Shown: positions 45,027 to 54,623 of the stretch, in pieces
How the letters are laid out: every line of letters begins with the position of its first letter
Position numbering within the stretch: the first letter of the stretch is position 1
NCBI GenBank assembly: GCA_035502655.1
Contig: DATJUF010000243.1
Coordinates: 1 to 57,842, forward strand
Length of the DNA stretch: 57,842 nucleotides
Reading direction: 5' to 3'
Source: Candidatus Binataceae bacterium
GTDB taxonomy: Bacteria; Desulfobacterota; Binatia; Binatales; Binataceae
Program-made: the position numbers and the translations under genes
Notes under the pieces: model-generated
What the model saw: the letters and a program-made list of their open reading frames with translations, nothing else
Told to the model about the DNA's origin: nothing
Databases searched by the model: none

Positions 45027-47489
45027 TCAGACCGACACTCGCAGAGTACGTGCCTTCGTCTCGGGTGGCAGCTTGATCGAAAGTCTCTTAGCTGACTGGC
45101 TATGCCACCAGCCGCTTTGCGCGGCCTCAAAGGCCTGGAACGATGCAACTGCGGCTACGGGTTCGTTATTGCAGGTCACGCTGCCTACTGTTGATTGATT
45201 ATGGAAGGTCAGAACTATCGTGCGCGCTGCCCGAAAATCAGCAAAGCTGCCCTCTGTCTCTTGCAGACGGCACACGACCTCGGCTTCATGATGCAGCACG
45301 GTGAAGCTAGTTGTAGCGTAGGCGCCGTTCAGATACGCCGCGGTTTCGCCGTCATCCTCATAAAGAGTAAAGGATCGATCACCGCCTGGATAAATTTCGA
45401 GCGTAAGCGGATCGAGAAAGCGTTCGGATGAGTATTGAAGGTCTGGCCCCATCGGGATTATCGCGCCCTGCCGCACAAACAGCGGGATTGTATCCAATGG
45501 CGCCTGGACCGTGCACGAGACCGGCCCCCTGAGCAGCTCATCGGTCCAGAAATCAAACCATAGACCGTCGGGCAGATAGACATTCCGCCCAGTTGACCCT
45601 TCATCAAGGATTGGAGCAACTAGTATTTCCGGACCGAACAAGTATTCGTCGCTGAGATTGTATACATGAGGATCGTCCGGGAATTCCATTACAAGTGGAC
45701 GCAGAATAGGTATTCCAGCGGTGCAGGCAACTTGGAGCGCATTGTATATGTACGGCAGCAGCCGATATCTCAGCCGCAGGTACTTTCGGCAAATCTCTTC
45801 GGCTTCGCGTCCGAATTGCCAAGGCTCGCGCAGTTCTCTCTGATCGCCGTGAGGCCGTAATAGCGGGCAAAATGCGCCGAATTGGAACCATCGGGCATAC
45901 AGTTCGGCCGTGCATTCCCCCGAGAAGCCAAATCCGCCGATATCGCTGCCCCACAATGGAATCCCTGCCAGCCCAACATTGAGCGCGACTGCCACCTGCT
46001 TGCGCAGAGCGGCAAAGGTCATATCAATGTCACCCGACCACAGTGCTGCACCATAGCGCTGTGATCCTGCAAATGCTGAACGGCTCAGGATGAAGATGCG
46101 TTTATCCGGTGCATATTGAAGATTGGCATCATAAACGGCCTGCTGCATAAATAGTGCGATCGAATTGTGCACGTCAGCAGCGGGGCCGCCGTGATGAGCC
46201 ATATCCGGAAAATGTTTGGCCGGCTCGTTGAGGTCCGTCCACCAACCGTCGATGCCCATTTCGATCAGCGAGCGGTGCTTCGCGGTCCACCATGAGCGGG
46301 CGGCCGGATTCGAGAAATCTACCAATGCGCTTTCGCCCGGCCAGAAATCGAAGGAGTACGGAGAACCGTCGAAACGGCGGGCAAGAAATTCATTCGTGCG
46401 CGCCTCCATGTAATTGCGGCTTTTGAGCGTAAGATAGGGTTCTTCAATCAAAACGGTCCGGAAGCCCTGCCGCCTAAGGCGGGCAATCATTTCTTTCGCG
46501 TCCGGCCAATTCACTGGATCGAATGCAAGGTCGCCCATTTCACGGAACCAGAAGACGTCCAGAATGAGTGCATCACAGGGCAGATGTTTGGCGCGGAAAG
46601 TAGCCGCGATAGCCTCTAACTCACTCCTGCTGCGATAGCCATAACGCGACTGCAACAATCCGAGGGCCCAGCGTGGCGGCAGCGGTGGAAACCCGGTTAA
46701 TTCCTGGTATGTACGCAATAGGCGTGGCAGTTGGGGTCCAAAGAGTACGTAATATTGCAGGCCGCCACCGCGCGCCTCATAGGAAAACGATTGAGGATCG
46801 GTGTGACCCAAGTCCCATCGGGCGCGGACCGGATTATCGATTAGCAAGCCATAGCCGCGCAGGCTCAAGAGCGCCGGGAAGATGGTTGTGGCCGGAGGCA
46901 AATGCTGATTCCACACCTCCCGAACGTGGCCACGATGATCTAAATCCACGCACTCCTCAAGTTGATTAGCTTGCCCCATTCCATAGAAGTGATCATCCGG
47001 CGCAAGCGCATAACGGAGTGTATAGTCCCAATACGACCATGACAGCCCTCCGCGCGGGTCCTCTTCCAGGAAGGGTTTCCCATCGGCCGCACAGTAGCAA
47101 AGATGAAACGGTTCGCGTGCCGCTTCGATCACGAAATCTCCAGCTTCAAGCCGAACCTTGTCAGCGCTTTCGATGATCTTTGAGGGAGGGCCGGCAGGCC
47201 AATGCCGCCGTGGGACTGCGTAGCTCTCTTTCGCTCCCTCTGCGTACAGGCGCCAGTGCGTTGGCACCCATGTATGCCGCATTGCATTGGGCAAGAGCGG
47301 CGTTAGGATCAGGTTTGAGCTTTCAAAGGAAAAGACGATATCACGCGCAAGTTGTGTGACTTCGCGCAGCCGGCCGAGAGTGCCTGCGGTTATTGGCGTC
47401 GCTCTGTGCGTCTTTCTGACCTTTTCACTGCGGCTTTTTAAAAAAATGCGTACGGCTCTGCATTCCGCCGCATGTTCTCTTATCTTCAT
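45027..47489 (-). CDS. glycoside hydrolase family 31 (alpha-glucosidase/alpha-xylosidase-like)
   Basis: ...PLPPRWALGLLQSRYGY..., DGWWTDLNEP (nucleophile region), FILSRSAFAGSQRY.A.WSGD, GIPLWGSDIGGF and RWFQFGAFCPL.R.H. The start could instead be the internal ATG at 47282. Confidence 0.9.
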   Translation of the reverse strand: MKIREHAAECRAVRIFLKSRSEKVRKTHRATPITAGTLGRLREVTQLARDIVFSFESSNLILTPLLPNAMRHTWVPTHWRLYAEGAKESYAVPRRHWPAGPPSKIIESADKVRLEAGDFVIEAAREPFHLCYCAADGKPFLEEDPRGGLSWSYWDYTLRYALAPDDHFYGMGQANQLEECVDLDHRGHVREVWNQHLPPATTIFPALLSLRGYGLLIDNPVRARWDLGHTDPQSFSYEARGGGLQYYVLFGPQLPRLLRTYQELTGFPPLPPRWALGLLQSRYGYRSRSELEAIAATFRAKHLPCDALILDVFWFREMGDLAFDPVNWPDAKEMIARLRRQGFRTVLIEEPYLTLKSRNYMEARTNEFLARRFDGSPYSFDFWPGESALVDFSNPAARSWWTAKHRSLIEMGIDGWWTDLNEPAKHFPDMAHHGGPAADVHNSIALFMQQAVYDANLQYAPDKRIFILSRSAFAGSQRYGAALWSGDIDMTFAALRKQVAVALNVGLAGIPLWGSDIGGFGFSGECTAELYARWFQFGAFCPLLRPHGDQRELREPWQFGREAEEICRKYLRLRYRLLPYIYNALQVACTAGIPILRPLVMEFPDDPHVYNLSDEYLFGPEILVAPILDEGSTGRNVYLPDGLWFDFWTDELLRGPVSCTVQAPLDTIPLFVRQGAIIPMGPDLQYSSERFLDPLTLEIYPGGDRSFTLYEDDGETAAYLNGAYATTSFTVLHHEAEVVCRLQETEGSFADFRAARTIVLTFHNQSTVGSVTCNNEPVAAVASFQAFEAAQSGWWHSQSAKRLSIKLPPETKARTLRVSV

Positions 47490-47667
47490 CTAAAACTAGG
47501 CGAAAATGATTCAATCAGGCAAGGTACTGTTTTCCTGAAATCATCTCAGATGCGGTTACAAGACGAGCTGTCGAGAACCGTAGCTTTGAACGGTAGTACC
47601 AATCGAATTACCCGGTTAGGCTTGATATTGGGGTTAGCTCGGAAATGCGTATGCGGAGGTTTGTGAT

Positions 47668-48846
47668 ATGAGCAGGGATTCCTTGTTCGGAGCTGATATT
47701 GGCGCGGACTCTCAGGATTCCCCGATCAGTAGTAAGCTGCGCACGAGAGGATTCCTGCCCGAGAGCGACCCGCTGACTGCATTTCCATCTGATTCCGAGT
47801 TCGCCGTACTCGATGAGATCGGCCGCGATCTGCCGAGCCTCTTGCATGATCGCGGCTTTCGGCAGTACGCACGGACCTTAAAGATTCCGTTGTGGCCGAA
47901 TCGCGTTCCTATCGAGAAGATGCCTGAGCTAAGACTCTACTACGTTCGCGTTGGCTTCCTGGCCTCGGCCTATGTAAATCAAGTCGCCGAGCAGGCGGCA
48001 CAGTTACTGCCTGCTAATATCGCTGGACCGCTGTGCCGTGCCTGCCGGCTGCTCCAGCGGCCGCCAATTCTTAGCTATGACGGTTACGCCCTTTACAACT
48101 GGAAGCGATTTCGGAAAGAAGGCCGAATAGCACTGGGCAATATCGATACGATCCAGAACTTCGTCCATCTCTATGACGAGCATTGGTTCATCCTGGTCCA
48201 CGTCGAGATCGAAGCAATCGCTGCACGAATTCTCGACGCGATCGCTCAGGCCGGGGCCGCGCTCCGGAGAGGTGAAAGCGGGCGCATCGATGATTACTTA
48301 TGGGCGATCGCGCAAGCGATAAGTGATCAGATTCGGGTCCTGCGGCGGATTCCGGAACATATGGACCCAGCGGTCTATTATAAGGCGTTCAGGCCGTACA
48401 TTCGTTTCTTCGAAAACGTTTCTTATGAGGCCGATGATTCAGACTCGAGGGCGGAACTCAGCACTGGCAGGCTGGTTCAAATGAACTTTCGTGGAGAGAC
48501 CGGAGCGCAAAGCAGTATCATGCCCATGCTGGTGGCCTTCATGAAGATTCCGCACCAGCCCTCGATGCTAACCAATCATCTCGCCGACATGCGGAATTAT
48601 ATGCCAGCCGAGCATCGCAAAGTGATCGAGATAGCTGAAGCGATGCCTAATGTTCGGACGATCGCTGACAAGCGGGCTTACAACGCGATTCTCGACGCGA
48701 TGGCCGAATTTCGCTCCGTCCACTACGGATGGGCCCAGGAATACATCAATCGCCGCACCAACGATTCCCGCGGAACAGGTGGAACACCCTTCATGCAGTG
48801 GCTCGACCAGCTTATCAAAGAGACTTTGGCCTTTAGAATCTCGTAA
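47668..48846 (+). CDS. indoleamine 2,3-dioxygenase (IDO) family heme dioxygenase
   Basis: GGAGG RBS. The protein is colinear with human IDO1 motifs: LLPANIAGPLC...PPILSYDGYALYNWK, FRGETGAQSSIMP (GGSAAQSS), LADMRNYMPAEHR (LQDMRRYMPPAHR), FRSVHYGWAQEYI (proximal His: LRSYHLQIVTKYI) and GTGGTPFMQWL (GTGGTDLMNFL). Confidence 0.88.
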   Translation: MSRDSLFGADIGADSQDSPISSKLRTRGFLPESDPLTAFPSDSEFAVLDEIGRDLPSLLHDRGFRQYARTLKIPLWPNRVPIEKMPELRLYYVRVGFLASAYVNQVAEQAAQLLPANIAGPLCRACRLLQRPPILSYDGYALYNWKRFRKEGRIALGNIDTIQNFVHLYDEHWFILVHVEIEAIAARILDAIAQAGAALRRGESGRIDDYLWAIAQAISDQIRVLRRIPEHMDPAVYYKAFRPYIRFFENVSYEADDSDSRAELSTGRLVQMNFRGETGAQSSIMPMLVAFMKIPHQPSMLTNHLADMRNYMPAEHRKVIEIAEAMPNVRTIADKRAYNAILDAMAEFRSVHYGWAQEYINRRTNDSRGTGGTPFMQWLDQLIKETLAFRIS

Positions 48847-48943
48847 CTAAATGGTAACATCCTGTAACTTTTAGCTAAACGAAATCGGCTAAATTGCGGT
48901 TTTCAGCGCGACGCGGCGTCCGGCGGTCTCCATTGAGTCCGCG

Positions 48944-51277
48944 TTAGTCCGCGGCGGCGGCTTCGCTTTCCACCTGGCTTCGTTTGACTAGAAGCGCACG
49001 GAGAACGCGCGGCGGCGACATTGGCAATTCCGTCATCCGCACGCCAGTGGCATGGTAAACAGCGTTGGCCACGGCGGCCAGCGCGGGCACAATTGCGATC
49101 TCGCCTGCACCGCGGATTCCTAGCGGATGAGACGGGTTCGGTACTTCAACCAGGATCGTTTCGATTTGTGGCAGGTCAAGGCAAGTCGGCATGCGGTAGT
49201 CGAGCAGGCCGGTATTGCGCAGGATGCCTTTCTGGTCGTAGCAATATTCCTCGTTGAGTGCCCAGCCGATTCCTTGCACGACTCCGCCCTGCGCTTGTCC
49301 TTCGGCGTAGCTCGGATGAATCGCGCGGCCAACGTCCTGGGCGATAGTGCACCGTAGGATTTGAACTTTGCCGGTGTCGGGATCGACTTCGACATCGACG
49401 CATACCGTGGCGAAGGCATTGCCTACTTTACCGGTAGCGTCGAGCGTTCCAAGGCCAACGATAGGGCCGCCAGTGCGGTTGAGCTTGGCGGCAATGTCCT
49501 TTATCGACAGCCGCGCTTCGATGCCCTTGGCAGTAAAGATTCCATCATTGAATTCGATTTCCTCGAGTGTTTTCTCAAGAAGTCTGGCGGCGCGTTCCTT
49601 CAACTGGCGTAGTGCATGATGCGCGGCCTCATAGACTGCCAGTCCCGTCGCAAGTGTCACGCGGCTTCCGCCGGTGCCGTCAGTAAAGCCGATCGCATCT
49701 GTATCACCTACTAACGGACGAACGTCGTTAATGTCGCAGCCGAGCACTTCGGCGGCGATCATCGCCATTGAAGCGCGCGAACCGCCGATATCCACCGAAC
49801 CCGTAACGAGACTCACGCTGCCGTCGGGACTGATATTTACAGTTGCGGAAGATTGATTGCCGCCGTTGAACCAGAAACCTGAGGCTACTCCGCGTCCGCG
49901 ATTCGGACCTGTCAGTTTGGATTGATAATGCGGGCTACCCTTCAGCGCCTCACAAGTCTCGCGAAAGCCGATGCGTTTGTATTTCGGGCCGGCTGGCTGT
50001 GCGGTTCCTTCGCGCGCTGCATTGAGAAGGCGAAAGCCGATCGGATCAATCCCGCATATTTCCGCCAACTCGTCGATTACGCTTTCGCAAGCAAAGGCGG
50101 AACTCGGGGCGCCCGGTGCGCGATAGGCGGCGACCTTAGGCCGGTTTAACACCACGTCATACGCGTCGATCTTGAGATTCTCGATGTCGTAGGGGCCGAG
50201 CGTAGTCATCGCGGCTGCGGTGAAAGGCGAGCCGGGAAACGCACCGGCCTCATAGGCCATCCAGACTTCAGCAGCGGTAATTCTGCCTTCGCGCGAAGCG
50301 CCGATACGAACCTTGATTTTGGTTCCGGAAGTCGGCCCGGTGGCGCGCAGAACCTCCCCGCGTGTCATGACCATCTTGACCGGCCGCCCGCTTTTTTTCG
50401 CCAGCAAAGCGGCAACCGGTTCAAGATAGATAGTGGTCTTGCCGCCGAAACCTCCGCCGATTTCCGCAGGTACAACTTTTATGCGGCCTTCATCCATCCC
50501 GAGCACAGCGGCGGTAAAACTGCGGACCCGGAACTGGGCCTGGGTCGAACAATAAATCGTCAGATGACCTTCGATGCTATGAACGGCCAGCGCATTTTGC
50601 GGTTCGATATAACCCTGGTGGACCGCCGAGGTCTCGAACTCACGTTCAACAATAAAGTCCGCAGCCGCAAAACCCGCCTCAATATCGCCGCGGCCGAGGG
50701 CGATATGCGCTGCGATATTGGTCTCGCGTTCTGCGTCTTCTGGGTTGCCAGCATCACTGCGGTTGCCGAGGCGTTTTTCCCGTAACTCAGGTAAGAGGAT
50801 GGCTGCGCCGGGCTTCATCGCCTGGTTGAGCGTCATCACTGGCGGCAGCACTTCGTACTCAACTTCGATTAACCCCAAAGCTTCGCCTGCCACGTGCGGA
50901 CTATTCGCGGCAACCGCCGCAACCGCATGACCGTCGTACAGAACCTTGTCGCGCGCCATGACGTTGCAGGCGAGATGATGTGCATTCGCTCGAACGTCAC
51001 CCACGACGGTAACGAACTCCTGGATTGTGGCAGGAAAGTCCACGGCCGTGACCACGGCAAACACGCCCGGCAACTTTAGCGCCTTTTCGTAGTTGGCCGA
51101 TTTTATTCGCGCGTGCGCATGAGGACTACGCAAGACCTTGCCGTGCAGCATTCCTGGCAGCACATAATCCGCACCATATTTGGCCCGGCCGGTAACCTTG
51201 TCGAAGCCGTCATGCCGAATGGGACGCGTACCGATAATCCTGAAACCCTTGTCTCCAGCGCCATTCGAGTCCGCCAT
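48944..51277 (-). CDS. xanthine dehydrogenase/aldehyde oxidase-family molybdopterin-binding subunit
   Basis: 777 aa. RIIGTRPIRHDGFDKVTGRAKYGADY..PGMLHGKVLRSPHAHARI. ...GGGFGGK... ...GSRV... and a C-terminal ...GAGE.. are typical of CoxL/XdhB-type large subunits. Confidence 0.9.
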   Translation of the reverse strand: MADSNGAGDKGFRIIGTRPIRHDGFDKVTGRAKYGADYVLPGMLHGKVLRSPHAHARIKSANYEKALKLPGVFAVVTAVDFPATIQEFVTVVGDVRANAHHLACNVMARDKVLYDGHAVAAVAANSPHVAGEALGLIEVEYEVLPPVMTLNQAMKPGAAILLPELREKRLGNRSDAGNPEDAERETNIAAHIALGRGDIEAGFAAADFIVEREFETSAVHQGYIEPQNALAVHSIEGHLTIYCSTQAQFRVRSFTAAVLGMDEGRIKVVPAEIGGGFGGKTTIYLEPVAALLAKKSGRPVKMVMTRGEVLRATGPTSGTKIKVRIGASREGRITAAEVWMAYEAGAFPGSPFTAAAMTTLGPYDIENLKIDAYDVVLNRPKVAAYRAPGAPSSAFACESVIDELAEICGIDPIGFRLLNAAREGTAQPAGPKYKRIGFRETCEALKGSPHYQSKLTGPNRGRGVASGFWFNGGNQSSATVNISPDGSVSLVTGSVDIGGSRASMAMIAAEVLGCDINDVRPLVGDTDAIGFTDGTGGSRVTLATGLAVYEAAHHALRQLKERAARLLEKTLEEIEFNDGIFTAKGIEARLSIKDIAAKLNRTGGPIVGLGTLDATGKVGNAFATVCVDVEVDPDTGKVQILRCTIAQDVGRAIHPSYAEGQAQGGVVQGIGWALNEEYCYDQKGILRNTGLLDYRMPTCLDLPQIETILVEVPNPSHPLGIRGAGEIAIVPALAAVANAVYHATGVRMTELPMSPPRVLRALLVKRSQVESEAAAAD

Positions 51278-51524
51278 AGCTTCTCTCCAATCCGCTGACT
51301 ATCACTTCACAAGTAATCGGGATTGAGGGCAGCGGCAACCTTACAGCAAAGATTAGCAAATCTCTGAGAGAACCGCTGTGCATGCTCAACAATCCTCAGC
51401 CTCTCGGTTTAACATGGCCGCGGCCGCGAGGTTGTGCTATTCGTGCCTTAGACGCCGGAGGCTTTGCAACGTAAGCATTGCGGCTCGTGCCCGCACTGCT
51501 CACGCGGTATCGGAGGATCAGTCC

Positions 51525-52961
51525 ATGCCGAGCAATCACAATTCCGCATCGGACCTGCGTGGCCGTCTTAATCATCCGGTAATCGACTCAGATGGTCATT
51601 GGGTTGAATTTGGGCCGCAGTTGACCGATTACCTTATGCAGATTGGTGGCGCCAAGGCCGTCGAAGGCTTCAAGGCGCGGCCAACTGAGGATTGGCATCT
51701 GACGATCCCACTCAAGGAGCGGCGCGAGCGCAGGCTCGATCAGCCGGTGTGGTGGGGAATGCCGGCCAAAAATACGCTCGATCACGCGACCTCGATGCTG
51801 CCGAAGCTGCTCTACCAGCGGCTCGGCGATTTCGGCTTCGACTTCGTTGTGCTCTATCCATCGATGGGTTTGCGCGTTCCATTCATTCCCGATGCTGAAC
51901 TGAGGCAGATCACCTGCCGCGCCTTCAACACTTTCTCGGCTGAACTCTTTCGCGAGTACAAAGATCGGCTGACGCCGGCCGCGGTCATCCCGATGCATAC
52001 GCCGGAAGAGGCAATCGCCGAACTCGAGTTCGCAGTCAAGACGCTGGGCCTCAAGGTAGTTATGATGGCCAGCCTGATTCGGCGGCCAATCCGATCGAGC
52101 AAGCCTAATCCACGCTACAACGAATGGCTCGACGTTTTGGCTATCGATAGCGAGCACGGTTACGACCCGGTATGGGCGAAATGTGTTGAATTGGGGGTGT
52201 CGCCAACTTTCCACTCAGTGACGAAGGGTGTCGGCACGCGCGTATCGCCGTCGAATGCCGTTTACAACCACATCGGTCATTTTGGTGTTGCCGGCGAGGC
52301 AATCTGTAAGGCGCTTTTTCTAGGCGGCGTGACGCGGCGCTTTCCGTCGCTCAACTTCGCCTTCATGGAGGGCGGTGTTGGATGGGCTTGCAGCCTCTAT
52401 AGTGATCTCATCGGCCATTGGCGGAAGCGCAACCCGGCGGCGCTCGAAAACATCAATCCGGCCAACGTTGATCGCGAACTTCTAGTAAAATTATTTCAAG
52501 AATACGGTAGCCAGGCCACGGCGAGCCGCGCAGAGCTTCTGAGAAACTCTGGCCATATCCTGTCGCCGCAGACCGCCGATCCCGGCGCCTCGCTCGATGA
52601 TTTCGCTGCTTGCGCGATCGAACACGCTGAGGATATCTGCGAACTCTTTGTCCCTCGATTCTATTTCGGTTGTGAGTCTGACGACCCGATCAATTCATGG
52701 GCTTTCAACTCGAAGGCTAATCCATTCAATGCACGCCTGGGCGCGGTTTTCGGCTCCGATATCGGGCACTTCGATGTTCAGGATATGACCCAGGTTCTGC
52801 ATGAAGCATATGAAATGGTTGAAGATAGGCTGATCAGTGATAGTGATTTTCGCGATTTTGTATTTGTGAATCCCGTGAAACTATGGGCGGGCAACAATCC
52901 GAATTTCTTCAAAGGTACGGCGGTGGAACAGGCGGCAAATACCATTCTCGCCGAGGGGTGA
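51525..52961 (+). CDS. amidohydrolase-2 family protein (long form)
   Basis: GGAGGA RBS followed by ATG. ...HPVIDSDGHWVEF... (HxH-like metal site), ...SPTFHS... and ...GSDIGHFD. The track ORF's 49-codon upstream extension is unlikely. Confidence 0.8.
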   Translation: MPSNHNSASDLRGRLNHPVIDSDGHWVEFGPQLTDYLMQIGGAKAVEGFKARPTEDWHLTIPLKERRERRLDQPVWWGMPAKNTLDHATSMLPKLLYQRLGDFGFDFVVLYPSMGLRVPFIPDAELRQITCRAFNTFSAELFREYKDRLTPAAVIPMHTPEEAIAELEFAVKTLGLKVVMMASLIRRPIRSSKPNPRYNEWLDVLAIDSEHGYDPVWAKCVELGVSPTFHSVTKGVGTRVSPSNAVYNHIGHFGVAGEAICKALFLGGVTRRFPSLNFAFMEGGVGWACSLYSDLIGHWRKRNPAALENINPANVDRELLVKLFQEYGSQATASRAELLRNSGHILSPQTADPGASLDDFAACAIEHAEDICELFVPRFYFGCESDDPINSWAFNSKANPFNARLGAVFGSDIGHFDVQDMTQVLHEAYEMVEDRLISDSDFRDFVFVNPVKLWAGNNPNFFKGTAVEQAANTILAEG

Positions 52962-53006
52962 GAGTGAATAGCTGAACGATCTCAGATAAGTCAGCGAGGT
53001 GCAAAA

Positions 53007-53687
53007 ATGGACACTGCGGCTTTTCATAAAGAGATAGACCAGATCGTTGCCGAGCATCGGCTTGACCAGCATCCCTACGTTAAGCTGGTCAATCAGGGTA
53101 AGGCGTCACGCGATCAGCTCAGGGGCTATCCGATCCAGCATTACGAAATGACCGTGCGCGATTCAGCTCCGCTTTCCGCGGCGGCCTATCTGAAAATGTA
53201 TGACATCGATCAAAAGGCGGCGCAGGGGTCGGCGAAAGGATTCGCTGAAGAGGCCTTAGGATTGTATAGCCATTCAGCAGGTCATACGGAACTGCTGTTC
53301 GAGTTGTGGGAAGGCGGACTCGGATTGCCGCGTGAAGAGCTTGTTAACGCGATCGGTTCGGATGATTCGCGCGCCTTCAATGCATGCTTGTACCGGATAA
53401 TCCAACTGAAGCCGCAGTTCGCCGGCGCGATCGGCCTGTGTGAGGAGATCGAGGTCGAGGCTTATAAAATGCTCCAGGAAGGCCTCGAGCGTCATTACGG
53501 ATTCAAACCGGAGCATACGCGCTTCCTTTCAGTACATTACGAGGCCGATAAGGAGCATGGCGAGGGCGGTCATCGGATGATCGATCGCTTCGTCACCGGG
53601 ACCGGAAGGGAAGAAGAGTTCCTCGCCGAGGCGCGAACCCTCGCGCGCTTTTTCTGGAAGGGCTTTGACTCGATGATGACGGCGTGA
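53007..53687 (+). CDS. PqqC/TenA-like (heme-oxygenase-fold, iron-containing redox enzyme family) protein
   Basis: HPYVKLVNQGKASRDQLRGYPIQHYEM parallels PqqC HPFHRLLHDGKLSKDQVRAWALNRYYY. Downstream E/H-rich helices include (…EEIEVEAY…HYEADKEHGEGGH). Confidence 0.7.
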   Translation: MDTAAFHKEIDQIVAEHRLDQHPYVKLVNQGKASRDQLRGYPIQHYEMTVRDSAPLSAAAYLKMYDIDQKAAQGSAKGFAEEALGLYSHSAGHTELLFELWEGGLGLPREELVNAIGSDDSRAFNACLYRIIQLKPQFAGAIGLCEEIEVEAYKMLQEGLERHYGFKPEHTRFLSVHYEADKEHGEGGHRMIDRFVTGTGREEEFLAEARTLARFFWKGFDSMMTA

Positions 53688-53786
53688 TTCGGGACACTGC
53701 CGCCACTCTGGAAAACCCATCGCTGCCCGCCGGTGTGCGTCAGGGTGTCCTTGCTTCGCACTACCTAACCGTGAACAGCTAATTGG

Positions 53787-54392
53787 ATGGGCAAACTGGT
53801 ACTCGTGCGGCATGGCGAAAGCGAAGGCAACGTCGCACGCATTTTCACCACTACTCCGACGACTTTGGCGTTGACCAAGCTTGGCCGCCAACAAGCTCGC
53901 GAGGCCGCTGACGTCATCAAGGCGATCGCTATTCCGAGAATTGTCATCGCGAGTCCCTATGTCCGTGCGCGGGATACGGGAGCAATCATCGCCGATGAAT
54001 TGCAGCTCCCCCTGGAGATTCGCCAGGGATTGCACGAGCGGGAAATTGGAGAGTTCGCCGGCCAACCGTACGAAGCGATCCTTGAGGCCGAAGGCTACGA
54101 CCCTTTACGGCCGTGGGCGTGGATTCCGCCGCGCGGTGAGTCTTACGAGCATGTGCGGAACCGGGTGGGTCCGATCCTCGACGAATTGGTGGCGCGTTTT
54201 TCCCAGGATGATGTGGTAGTCGTCAGCCATGGCGGGGTGATGGTCGCGATGTGGGCGCATATGACCGGTCGCTGGAACGACGCGCCGGTCCCGCCTAATT
54301 GCGGTATTGTGCTCGTCGAGCATCGGGAAGGACGTTACCTGGAACCTCGGCTAATCGGAGATTGGCATTCGCCGCGTGACACAGTCGGCTAA
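53787..54392 (+). CDS. histidine phosphatase family protein (phosphoglycerate-mutase-like)
   Basis: LVLVRHGESEGN is the RHG motif. ...SPYVRARDT... ...VVVSHGG. Confidence 0.88.
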   Translation: MGKLVLVRHGESEGNVARIFTTTPTTLALTKLGRQQAREAADVIKAIAIPRIVIASPYVRARDTGAIIADELQLPLEIRQGLHEREIGEFAGQPYEAILEAEGYDPLRPWAWIPPRGESYEHVRNRVGPILDELVARFSQDDVVVVSHGGVMVAMWAHMTGRWNDAPVPPNCGIVLVEHREGRYLEPRLIGDWHSPRDTVG

Positions 54393-54465
54393 ACTTGCCT
54401 AGCCGCGATAGGGTTCGACTGCTGCGGAATCTGTGCTCAACAGCAACAAAACGTCAATGACTCTG

Positions 54466-54603
54466 AATGCTGCTGGGCACGCATACTGATGAAGTCCTGA
54501 CGAAGATGGGCTACAGTGCGGAGCAGGTCGCGAAGATGTCCAGCGGAAAGTCGTCTGAACGTCCATCAAATTCAGTGCACACCGATCGGAAGTTTTCGCT
54601 TTA
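54466..54603 (+). pseudogene. relic 3' end of a type III (CaiB/BaiF/Frc) CoA-transferase gene
   Basis: 45-codon ORF M-LLGTHTDEVLTKMGYSAEQVAKMSSGK... It carries the hallmark C-terminal motif LGxHTxEVLxxLGYSxxxIxxL of family III CoA-transferases. Nothing coding lies upstream of it, and it sits directly 5' of oxc. Confidence 0.6.
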
Positions 54604-54623
54604 ATGATTTGAAGGGTGTCCGC

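Noticed and set aside
53688-53786. Possible read-through linking the PqqC-like ORF and the histidine phosphatase ORF (same frame); likewise 52962-53006
   Set aside because: The spacers contain additional in-frame TAA/TGA stops, and each downstream gene has its own RBS and ATG. This is not a recoding event.
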